Assembly: GCA_016124375.1 (NCBI GenBank)
Contig: WGNV01000006.1
Span: 29,479-93,478 of the forward strand
Direction of reading: 5' to 3'
DNA: 64,000 nucleotides
Source: Tepidisphaera sp.
GTDB taxonomy: Bacteria > Planctomycetota > Phycisphaerae > Phycisphaerales > UBA1924
In this document: positions 38,848 to 47,024 of the stretch, piece after piece
Layout of the letters: each line of letters opens with the position of its first letter
How positions within the stretch are numbered: the stretch's first letter is position 1
The notes under the pieces: model-generated
Database searches by the model: none
Told to the model about the DNA's origin: nothing
Seen by the model: the letters and a program-made list of their open reading frames with translations, nothing else
Made by a program: the position numbers and the translations under genes

Positions 38848-40743
38848 TCACAGCCCCCGACATTCTCGCACCCACAGCGCAAGAACCAGCAGCCCGAATA
38901 ACCGCTGCCCGTGCTCCTCCCGCCCGCTCAAGTGCGCATCCCGCATCCGAACGATTTCCGATCGCTGCATCTCCACCCCCAAAAACTCCGCCGGATACGC
39001 CTCCGCCGCGCCGGTCGCGTCCACCAGCAGCCCCCGCAACCCCCCATAGTCACTCCGAAACCATTCCCCGATCGGCACCGCAAACCCCCGCTTGGGCCGC
39101 CCCGCCGCCCCCGGCGCCAGCCACTCCCCCGCCAGCCGCCGCAGCATCCCCTTGGGCCTTCCCCCATCCGTCAGCGTTCCCCACGCCGTCGCCTGCGCCC
39201 GCCTCACCAGCGTCGAATCCAGCAGCGGCGACCTCACCTCCAGCGCCACGCTCATCGACGCCCCGTCCGACTTCCGCATCAAATCCCACGGCAGGTACGT
39301 CGCAAAGTCCTCATCCCAAGGCCGCGCAGGCCACCCCGCCCCGCGCCCCAACGCCAGCCCCGGCGCGAGCCGCCGCAATTGCCCCCGCGTGAACATCGAC
39401 CGCAGTTCCGCATAATCCCGCCACCACCCCGCCGACGCCAGCCGCGCCAGCTTGTCATTCCGCCACGACGTCGGCCGAACCCGCATCAATCCGACCAGCC
39501 TCGCCAGCGGCCCCAATCTCCGCATCCACCTCGCCGCCACGTGCCGCTGATACCCCGCGAACAACTCATCCCCGCCGTCCCCACTCAGCGCCACCGTCAC
39601 ATGCCGCCTCATCGCCCGACACAGCCAATACGTCGGCAGCACCGAACTATCCCCCAAGGGCGTCCCAAGCTCCCGCACCAGCCGCACCAAGTCCTCCGCC
39701 GCGTTTGCCTCGCAGGGCAGCGTCGTGTGCTCCGTCCCCAGGTGCGCCGCCGTCGCCGCCGCCGCCGCCGATTCATCCAACCCCGCGTCCGGCATCTTCA
39801 CCGTGAACGTCCGCAGCTTCCGCCCCTGCCGCGCCAGCGCCCGCTGCGCGCACGCCGCCACCAGCCCCGAATCAATCCCCCCCGACAACATGCACCCAAT
39901 CGGCACGTCGGCTTCCAGCCGCGACTCGACCCCGCGCGAAATCACCTCGCCCACATCCTCGCGCGTCAGCGCCGCGCCCTCCAGCACCGGCCGAGCATGC
40001 GAAGTCGGCGCGGCAGTGGGGGAGCCGCCTCCAAACACCAGCGTCTCTCCCGGCGCGACATCCGCCACACCCTCGAACGCCGCCACGCCACCCGCCCCAA
40101 ACCTCAACCACACCTCCAGCCGCGCCGCTCGCACCTCAAACGCCCGCCCCAAGACCACCGGCGACGCCATCCGCATCACGTTCGCCACACCCACAGGCGA
40201 ACTGCCAAACACCACCAGCCGCCGTCCCTCACCCTCGGCGCTCGCAAAACACAGCGGCTTCTCCCCCGCCAAGTCCCGCCCCAGCGTCAGCGTTCCATCC
40301 TCTCTGGCCCACAATCCAAACGCGAACATCCCCTCCAGGTGCCCCGCCAACCCCGCGCCCCACGCCTTGTGCCCGTGCAGCAACACCTCGGTATCGCTGT
40401 GATCCGTCGCAAACTTCGCCCCGCCGCTCGCCAGATTCCATCGCAGTTGCCGGTGGTTGTAAATGCACCCGTTGAACACCACCGCCCGTAGCCCGGCCGG
40501 CCCCTCATCCAGCACCATCGGCTGCCGCCCGCCCGCGAGGTCGATCACCGCCAGCCGCCGATGCACCAGCCCCACGCGCGCCTTGCGCCCATCCGCCCGC
40601 ACCACCTCATCCCGCCACCGCCCCGCTCCATCCGGCCCCCGATGCGCCACCGCCGCCTCCAGCGCATCCAGCCACGACTCCGGAATCTCCGGCAACACCG
40701 CGCCCCGCGCCGTCGAGATGTACACCCCGCCGATCCCGCACAT
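38848..40743 (-). CDS. asnB: Asparagine synthase (glutamine-hydrolysing) family amidotransferase
   Basis: MCGI, HRGPD, RRLAVID, FNGCIYN, SDTEV, LSGGIDS, SGDGGDELFAGY, EVRSPLLD. Confidence 0.9.
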   Translation of the reverse strand: MCGIGGVYISTARGAVLPEIPESWLDALEAAVAHRGPDGAGRWRDEVVRADGRKARVGLVHRRLAVIDLAGGRQPMVLDEGPAGLRAVVFNGCIYNHRQLRWNLASGGAKFATDHSDTEVLLHGHKAWGAGLAGHLEGMFAFGLWAREDGTLTLGRDLAGEKPLCFASAEGEGRRLVVFGSSPVGVANVMRMASPVVLGRAFEVRAARLEVWLRFGAGGVAAFEGVADVAPGETLVFGGGSPTAAPTSHARPVLEGAALTREDVGEVISRGVESRLEADVPIGCMLSGGIDSGLVAACAQRALARQGRKLRTFTVKMPDAGLDESAAAAATAAHLGTEHTTLPCEANAAEDLVRLVRELGTPLGDSSVLPTYWLCRAMRRHVTVALSGDGGDELFAGYQRHVAARWMRRLGPLARLVGLMRVRPTSWRNDKLARLASAGWWRDYAELRSMFTRGQLRRLAPGLALGRGAGWPARPWDEDFATYLPWDLMRKSDGASMSVALEVRSPLLDSTLVRRAQATAWGTLTDGGRPKGMLRRLAGEWLAPGAAGRPKRGFAVPIGEWFRSDYGGLRGLLVDATGAAEAYPAEFLGVEMQRSEIVRMRDAHLSGREEHGQRLFGLLVLALWVRECRGL

Positions 40744-40762
40744 GGTGCCGCAGCGTACCCGC

Positions 40763-41284
40763 CTAGGGCCGCCCCGCGCCGGCCGCCCCCGCCCCGCCCC
40801 GCTTCTTCGCCACGTGGTCGGCCCGCAGCATCCACAGCGTGTGCAGCACCCGCGTCGTCAGCACCCCCGCCCCAAACGCCCCGACCGTCGACGAAAACAC
40901 CGAGTACCCCATGTTCAGCAGCACGTTCTGCCCGCCCAGCGCGATGATGTACAGGATCGGGCTCAGAAGCATCCGCTGAAACTGCACATACGACGCATCC
41001 TTGAGAAACGCCTTCCGCGCATACTCCGGATTGATCAGCCTCTCCGTCGCCCGCGGCATGTGGTTCGCCACCCAGTGCAGCACGTAGTAGATAAACAGAT
41101 CCACCACCAGGTCCACAAAGAACGTGATGCTCCCCACCAGGATCTTCTTCTGCTCAGGCAGCCCCATCAGCACCAACGCATGCATCACACCGCCCGTCGC
41201 AAACGCCGCCAGCGTGCTCGCCACGAGAATGTTCACGTTAATGTTCACGATGCGCCGGCTATACCAGCGCAGAAGAATCGACAT
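40763..41284 (-). CDS. Membrane protein of unknown function
   Basis: About 4 hydrophobic segments; TAGCAT box 7 nt before ATG. Confidence 0.65.
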   Translation of the reverse strand: MSILLRWYSRRIVNINVNILVASTLAAFATGGVMHALVLMGLPEQKKILVGSITFFVDLVVDLFIYYVLHWVANHMPRATERLINPEYARKAFLKDASYVQFQRMLLSPILYIIALGGQNVLLNMGYSVFSSTVGAFGAGVLTTRVLHTLWMLRADHVAKKRGGAGAAGAGRP

Positions 41285-41349
41285 GGGGCCAATGCTACCC
41301 CACCCATCGAGCCCCGTCAGTCGCCGCCCTCGGCCAAATCCTCTGCCTC

Positions 41350-41413
41350 GGACGCCGGACCTGAGTCTTGAAGACGCCGGACCTGAGTCTTCGAAGGTCC
41401 GGGTCGAACACCC
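41350..41413. repeat. REP-like family A, partial + full tandem copy
   Basis: ggacgccggacctgagtcttgaa followed by a full 41-bp unit. Confidence 0.85.
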
Positions 41414-41442
41414 GCGCCCCAACCTTCGAAAACATCCTCCGC

Positions 41443-41507
41443 CCTAGGTGGCACCGCTCTCCAGAGCGGTGCTCCCGCCTAGGCGGCCCCGCTCTCCAGC
41501 GCGGTGC
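41443..41507. repeat. REP-like family D, tandem pair
   Basis: cctaggtggcaccgctctccagagcggtgc and cctaggcggccccgctctccagcgcggtgc. Confidence 0.75.
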
Positions 41508-41523
41508 CTTCCCCGCTTCCCCT

Positions 41524-42273
41524 CTACCTCTTCTCCCCCTCCACCCTCCCCCGCGCCACCCGCACCGCATCCGCGCTCACATCCAGCCCCACGCCCCGCC
41601 GCCCAGTCCGCATCGCCGCCACCACCGTCGTCCCGCTCCCGCAGCACGGGTCCAGCACCAGCCCGCCCGGCGGGCAACACGCCCTCGCCAGCATCTCCAA
41701 CAACTCCAGGGGCTTCTGCGTCGGATACCCCGTCCGCTCCCCCGCCATGTTGTTGATCGCCGGCACATCCAGCACATCCGTCGCCTTCTTCATCTGCCCC
41801 TTCAGCCGCTGGCTCGTCGCCGGCACCAGTGGCGCCTCAAACCAATACTCCCGGGGCTCCAAGCAATACAACAAAATATCATCATGCTTCCGCGCAAACC
41901 GCCGGGGCGACGACCCCCCCAGCCCATACGCCCACACGAGATGATTCACAAACCGATCCTCCCCCAGCACCTCATCCAGCATCAGCCTCACATGATGGCT
42001 CGTCCGCCAATCCACGTGAATCGCCACCAGCCCCGTCCGCTTCATCAGGGGCAGGGCCGCCTCCACCCGCGGCCGCAACCACCCGATAAACCCCGCCGCC
42101 GACCCAAACGCATCCGCATACCCCGCCGCCCCCTCCCGCCCCAACTTCCCGCCCCCCGGCGGCGACCTCTTCGCCACCCCCGTATTGAACGGCGGATCCG
42201 CATACAAAAAATCCACGGTCGCCGGAGCAACGTGGTCAGCCGCATTCAGCCAATCGCAGAGGTGCACAGTCAC
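41524..42273 (-). CDS. Site-specific DNA methyltransferase (N6A/N4C, beta class)
   Basis: YADPPF (motif IV) precedes YPTQKP and VLDPCCGSGTT (motif I). Confidence 0.88.
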   Translation of the reverse strand: MTVHLCDWLNAADHVAPATVDFLYADPPFNTGVAKRSPPGGGKLGREGAAGYADAFGSAAGFIGWLRPRVEAALPLMKRTGLVAIHVDWRTSHHVRLMLDEVLGEDRFVNHLVWAYGLGGSSPRRFARKHDDILLYCLEPREYWFEAPLVPATSQRLKGQMKKATDVLDVPAINNMAGERTGYPTQKPLELLEMLARACCPPGGLVLDPCCGSGTTVVAAMRTGRRGVGLDVSADAVRVARGRVEGEKR

Positions 42274-42381
42274 GCTGGCATGATACAAAGCACGCCGCAT
42301 CTTCAGCGAAACCCCAATCATCAGCCAGGAAAACCATCGTTGAGGCAAATTTGCTGGCTTTCCTTGAAATCGCGGGAAAGC

Positions 42382-43572
42382 CTATCGACCCGAGATGCCG
42401 AATAACGCTTTGCTGGCTTCCTTAGCCAGGTTCTCAATCGTAGACAAATCACTAATCAGAATATCAGTAACACTCACTAGGCGATCCTTGGCGTTATTTA
42501 GTCGCGACGTATATCGGGGGATCACGGAAACCGTGTCGCGGAATGACGCTATTCCAGACTTGGCTCCGTCTATCGATTCGCGAAGGGATTCAAGTGTATT
42601 CGCGGCGTCTCGAACCTCATCCAGGTTGTCGTCACGTAGATCGCTTGCGAGCGATGCTGATTTAACATAACCGTCAAGAGCAGAGCGGAACTTCTCTCGC
42701 ATAACAGCAAAATACTTCTCCAGGTCCGTCGCTGCGATCTCCATATCTGCGGCAACTAAGTTAATGATTTGCTTCGCTACTCTCGCCGACTTCGAAGGAT
42801 TATTTAGACTCTTAACCTTTTCGGTATGCGAATCCATTTTGTTATTTAATGAAGATAGTGTTTCGGATATTGATGTCATTGCGCTATTGGCAATGGCAAT
42901 ATCTTCTTCGGCTCGCTCTAATACATCAAGCCATCCGTCATCTGAAGTTGGCGGGTCTACAACGAGTTCCGCGACCGTTGAAGTAGCGGTTGAGACTAAA
43001 GGTGTTTCCGCATGGGGTGCGGGTTGAATCGGAACCTTCCATGCTCCATCCTTGTACTCGTGGGATAATTTCGAAAGATGCATTCTCAGCAAGCTTTCAA
43101 ACTCTGCGGTATTGCTAAACTGCCACCAGAGCACTCCCTTTTCACCTAATTTGTTCTGGAATTCCCTAACTTTACGAAGCTGATCAATATCTATTGAGGC
43201 AGGGGATATGGGAGCGTCTTTTATGTATACCAGCAACTTGATGCGTCGTGAGTGTGCAAGTGAATAAGCGCGGTCAAACTCTTCCTGCGTTCCAGAAGCT
43301 GCTCGGGGAGTCGGAGTTCCGAATTTTGACCAAAGAATTCCCAGAAAAATGTCGTATTCATCTCCAATCTGTTCGTTTATCACGGCTTGGGGGTCTTTTC
43401 CAACGCCCGGAACCACGTCAGTTTCCCACAATAGCGGCTCAAGGCGAATGCCGAGTTTGGCGCTCCAAGTCTTATTGATTTCAGTGATTACGGCGACGAC
43501 GGCCGAACGCTCATCGCGAACATCTGAAGGAGATGCCACAAAAACACGTAATTCGGTGATGCTCATTGGCAT
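42382..43572 (-). CDS. DUF4062-domain protein with helical C-terminus (AT-rich)
   Basis: VFVASPSDVxxER, WETD, PQxxIN, DIFLGILWxxFGTPT, SGTxEEF. Confidence 0.8.
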   Translation of the reverse strand: MPMSITELRVFVASPSDVRDERSAVVAVITEINKTWSAKLGIRLEPLLWETDVVPGVGKDPQAVINEQIGDEYDIFLGILWSKFGTPTPRAASGTQEEFDRAYSLAHSRRIKLLVYIKDAPISPASIDIDQLRKVREFQNKLGEKGVLWWQFSNTAEFESLLRMHLSKLSHEYKDGAWKVPIQPAPHAETPLVSTATSTVAELVVDPPTSDDGWLDVLERAEEDIAIANSAMTSISETLSSLNNKMDSHTEKVKSLNNPSKSARVAKQIINLVAADMEIAATDLEKYFAVMREKFRSALDGYVKSASLASDLRDDNLDEVRDAANTLESLRESIDGAKSGIASFRDTVSVIPRYTSRLNNAKDRLVSVTDILISDLSTIENLAKEASKALFGISGR

Positions 43573-43810
43573 TTTCGACCTCCCTGACTCTAACTCTGTA
43601 AATTACATCATTTTGCTGCTAGGTGTCAAGCCTGTAGGAGGCTTTTTCCAAGGGCTGCGGGAGAGCGGCTCTCCCAAACCACGCGATTGGCGGATGGCTC
43701 GCTGGACTTCACCAAAAATCTGCACGCATCTACCACTTTTGCGCGCGCCTTTCGCGTGATGCGCGCTTTTCCCCTTCCATTCCACCCCGCCGCGCGTCAA
43801 ACTTCTCACC

Positions 43811-44400
43811 ATGCGCCACGCCGCCCCCAACCCCCTCACCCCCTTCACGCCCAGCCCCGCCGTCGCCGCCCAGGTCCTTGAGGCCCTGGGCAACCCCGAC
43901 TTCACCCTCCGCGACGTCTCGCGCCAGCACAAAACCACCGTCGAGGCCCTGGCCCTGTGGATGACCCGCCCCGACATCGCGGCTCGCTTGCACGCCATCC
44001 ACTCCGCCATCACCCATCGCGCCGCGCTCATGGCCAACAACTTCCTGCCCGGCGCCGTCAAGCTCCTGGTCAGCATCATCAACAACCACCTCGCCGACGA
44101 ACACGCCCACGAGCCCCAGCCCCTCGCCCCCGAGCCCCGCCGCCATCGCGAAAACGCCCGCAAAGCCGCCAACACGCTCGTCCGCCTCGCCCGTCTCTCC
44201 GCCGCGCCTGCCGGTGGGACAGGCGTCCCGCCCGCCCACGACACGCCTGAAAACATCCAGACTTCACCCGCCCCAACTCATGCCCCGGTGCCTCATGCCT
44301 CGCTGCCTTCTTCTACGTCCCCCGCCCTCTCCGATCCCGCTCCGCCCGGCGCCTCACCTAAAATCTCCAGTCCCTCGTCCCCGAGTCACCGGGAGGCTCG
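43811..44400 (+). CDS. Hypothetical protein with possible N-terminal HTH; true 3' end unclear (frame open to 45022)
   Basis: TLRDVSRQHKTTVEALALW helix pattern; degenerates into repeat-derived Pro/Ser-rich sequence after about 44210. Confidence 0.4.
44212..44320. repeat. Composite repeat family C, copy 2
   Basis: Matches both ends of 37755-37857. Confidence 0.8.
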
Positions 44401-44403
44401 CCC

Positions 44404-45093
44404 ATGCAACCCATTTTCCCCCTCGCGGCCGTCCTCGCCTGCGCCTCCCTTGCCCACGCCTCCGCCACCGTTCAATCCATCACCTCCTCCTGGCACGCCT
44501 TCGTCACCGTCGATCGCGCCCTCTCCCTCGGTGGCGGCTCAGACACCGCCGGCTCCAGCGCTTCCTCCGCCGCCCTCAACCTCACCCAGCCCATCACCGG
44601 CCACGCCCACGTCGGCCCCGATTTCGCCGACATCAACGCCCTCATCAACCTCAACTCCGGCCCCGCCTCCGTCACCGCCCGCTACCAATACAACATCACC
44701 GGCCAAATCCAGCACCCTGTCGCCGCCGACTTTGGCCAGGCCCGCTTCGATCTCTCGCTCGACGTCCGCGTCTTCTTCACCCTCGACGCGCCCACCGACA
44801 TCAGCCTCAGCGCCGCGACCGCCGACGCCTTCAACGTCTGCGAAGCGGCGGTCCTCGATTCCTCCAACGCCGCCGTCCTCTACGTCGGCGCATCGCAGTC
44901 CGACACGCAGACACTCGCCGCGGGTTCATACGAGGCTCGCTTCCTCTACCTCGGCCCCAGCCTGTACACCACCCTCTCCGCCGCCCCGCTCTCGTTCTCC
45001 GGCAGCCCGGAGTTCCACCTGACCCTGCCCGCCCCCCACACCCTGGCCATCTTCTCCCTCGCCGGCCTCTTCCGCCGCCACCGACCGCGGTGA
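44404..45093 (+). CDS. Secreted protein with PEP-CTERM-like tail
   Basis: GGAGG SD, signal peptide, C-terminal LPAPH-TM-RRHRPR. Confidence 0.75.
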   Translation: MQPIFPLAAVLACASLAHASATVQSITSSWHAFVTVDRALSLGGGSDTAGSSASSAALNLTQPITGHAHVGPDFADINALINLNSGPASVTARYQYNITGQIQHPVAADFGQARFDLSLDVRVFFTLDAPTDISLSAATADAFNVCEAAVLDSSNAAVLYVGASQSDTQTLAAGSYEARFLYLGPSLYTTLSAAPLSFSGSPEFHLTLPAPHTLAIFSLAGLFRRHRPR

Positions 45094-45121
45094 GACGAAA
45101 CAACAAATACAACAAATGTAC

Positions 45122-45149
45122 TTGCTTTCGAATGTCGATACGATATACT
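45122..45149 (+). promoter_or_regulatory. Sigma70-type promoter of leader/RbfA-like/rtcB unit
   Basis: TTGCTT-N16-TATACT, preceded by A-rich acaacaaat direct repeats. Confidence 0.65.
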
Positions 45150-45221
45150 CCTCCCCGTGGCCGATTGTCGGCCGCATTTCCCCGCCGGTCTCCCCGGCCT
45201 TCACACAGAAGGAGCCCACCC

Positions 45222-45269
45222 ATGCGTGCGTCGGTTTCCAAATCCTGTGTGGCCCCTGTCGCCGCCTGA
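45222..45269 (+). CDS. Putative leader peptide MRASVSKSCVAPVAA
   Basis: GAAGGAG SD about 7 nt before ATG; stop codon lies in loop of tgtcgc/gcgaca hairpin. Confidence 0.5.
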   Translation: MRASVSKSCVAPVAA

Positions 45270-45476
45270 GCAAGTGCGACACCCCGCGTAACGCCAAGCG
45301 TGCAGCGCGTCCCGGCTATCGGTACGCGCGTGTCCGCCGGGCCCGCAGCGTGTCCCACCCTCCCGCGGCCACCCAAACGCCCTAAATCCAGTCAAAAACC
45401 ACGCGCGGCGACCTTCGCCGCCGTCGGTCCTGTCTCTTGACCCACGCTCGGCTGCGGCCAAGCACAAGGAACGCCC

Positions 45477-45869
45477 ATGGCACGCTCACGCAACCGCCGC
45501 GGGTGGCGCGATCAACGCGCCCACGCGCAAGACGATTTCAAACACGAACATAACACAGATCGAGAGTCCACAAGCATGCATCGCAAGGACGGCCAGATCA
45601 TCGCCCAGGTCCACCGCGCGCTGGAGCACGTGCTCCGCGAGCGGGCCGGCACGCCGCTCACGGTGCTTGGCATCGACCCCATGCCCGACGCTCGCCGCCT
45701 GCTCATCACTCTGTGCCCAACCAGCCCCGGACCCGTGCCCGAGGGCGACGCGCTGGTGCCGGCCCTGCGCTGGGAGCTGGCGCGCATACTCAGCCGCAAG
45801 CGCCTGCCCGAGCTGCGGGTGGTGGTGCTGCCCGCGGCTCCGGTGTGGAAGGAGTCGACCGATGCCTGA
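45477..45869 (+). CDS. Atypical ribosome-binding factor A (RbfA)-like protein
   Basis: RK..QI..QV.RAL..VL, LTVLGIDPMPDARRLLITL, LR.ELA..L.RKRLPELRV: RbfA KH-fold pattern. Confidence 0.65.
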   Translation: MARSRNRRGWRDQRAHAQDDFKHEHNTDRESTSMHRKDGQIIAQVHRALEHVLRERAGTPLTVLGIDPMPDARRLLITLCPTSPGPVPEGDALVPALRWELARILSRKRLPELRVVVLPAAPVWKESTDA

Positions 45870-47007
45870 GGACCTGGCCAACCGGCTTGGGCTCGCGTGC
45901 CCGTCGCCCGCGTGGCTGGCCGAGCCGCTGCCCGACGGCGTGCCCGAGGCGCTCGCGCGACTCGCCCGCGCCCCGGGCGTGGCGCGGCTGGCGATCATGC
46001 CCGACGTCCACCTGGCCGAGGCGGTGTGCGTGGGCGTGGTGGTCGCCACGCGCGGGGTGTTGTACCCGCAGGCGGTGGGGGCGGACATCGGGTGCGGGAT
46101 CACGGCCGCGCCGCTGGATGCAGAGGCGGACCTGCTGCGGGGCAGCGACGCGCGCGAGGCGGCGCTGCGGGCGATGCAGGACGCGATCCCGGTGATCCGC
46201 TGGGGGCGGCGCGACGCGCCCTCCCTGCCGGGCGGCCCGCCGTCCGCAGCGTTGAGTCGGCTGGCACAGCGCGACGGGGTGACGCAGTTCGCCACGCTCG
46301 GGCGGGGCAACCACTTCGCGGAGGTGCAGGCGGCCAGCGACGGGCGGCTGTGGCTCACGGTGCACAGTGGGTCGCGGGCGATGGGGCCGGAGGTGATGCG
46401 CCGGGCGTGTGCCACGGCCCAGCGAGCCGCGGGTGGGCTGAGGTGGTTGGACGCGGCCAGCGAGGCCGGCCAGGAGTACCTGGCCGACGCGGCGTGGTGC
46501 GTGCAGTACGCGCGGATGAGCCGCGAGCGGATGATCGAGCATGCCGGCGAGGCGCTGCGGCGGGCGCTGGGAGCGCGGGTGCTCATGGACGAGGTCTTCG
46601 GCACCACGCACAACGGTGTGGCGTCGGAGACGCACATGGGTGAGCGGCTGATGGTGCATCGCAAGGGTGCCAGCCCGGCGGCAGTAGGGGAGCGATCGAT
46701 CATCCCGGGATCGATGGGCGGCATGACCTTTCATGTGGTTGGGCGCGGCGTGGAGATGAGTTTGACGTCGAGTTCCCACGGCGCCGGGCGGCGGCTGTCA
46801 CGGGGCGAAGCGCGGCGATACCTCACGCCCGAAGCGGTGAGGCGCCAGTTGCGGGAGGTGTGTTACGGCCCGCGCCTGGCCAAGGGGGCGCTGTGCGAGG
46901 AGGCGCCGGATGCGTATCGCGACATCACCAAGGTGATGCGGGCGCAGGGGGAGTTGGTGTCGATCATGCAGAGGCTGAGGACCGTCGTGTGTCACAAAGG
47001 GGGGTAG
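45862..47007 (+). CDS. rtcB: RtcB family RNA 3'-phosphate/5'-OH ligase
   Basis: MPDVH, VGADIGCG, TLGRGNHFAE, HSGSR, HN, HRKGA, PGSMG, SHGAGR, EEAPDAYRDI; AAGGAG SD. Confidence 0.95.
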   Translation: MPEDLANRLGLACPSPAWLAEPLPDGVPEALARLARAPGVARLAIMPDVHLAEAVCVGVVVATRGVLYPQAVGADIGCGITAAPLDAEADLLRGSDAREAALRAMQDAIPVIRWGRRDAPSLPGGPPSAALSRLAQRDGVTQFATLGRGNHFAEVQAASDGRLWLTVHSGSRAMGPEVMRRACATAQRAAGGLRWLDAASEAGQEYLADAAWCVQYARMSRERMIEHAGEALRRALGARVLMDEVFGTTHNGVASETHMGERLMVHRKGASPAAVGERSIIPGSMGGMTFHVVGRGVEMSLTSSSHGAGRRLSRGEARRYLTPEAVRRQLREVCYGPRLAKGALCEEAPDAYRDITKVMRAQGELVSIMQRLRTVVCHKGG

Positions 47008-47024
47008 GAATGCGCGATCTGCGT

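Noticed and set aside
41350-41507. Possible CRISPR array
   Set aside because: Only two units per repeat type, no regular unique spacers, no cas genes; REP-like instead
41524-43572. MTase + DUF4062 as a restriction-modification pair
   Set aside because: Very different base composition, MTase has its own promoter-like box, and no nuclease motif is evident in the DUF4062 protein
45267-45440. Selenocysteine/readthrough extension of the leader peptide TGA
   Set aside because: Downstream frame gives low-complexity sequence and no recognisable bacterial SECIS
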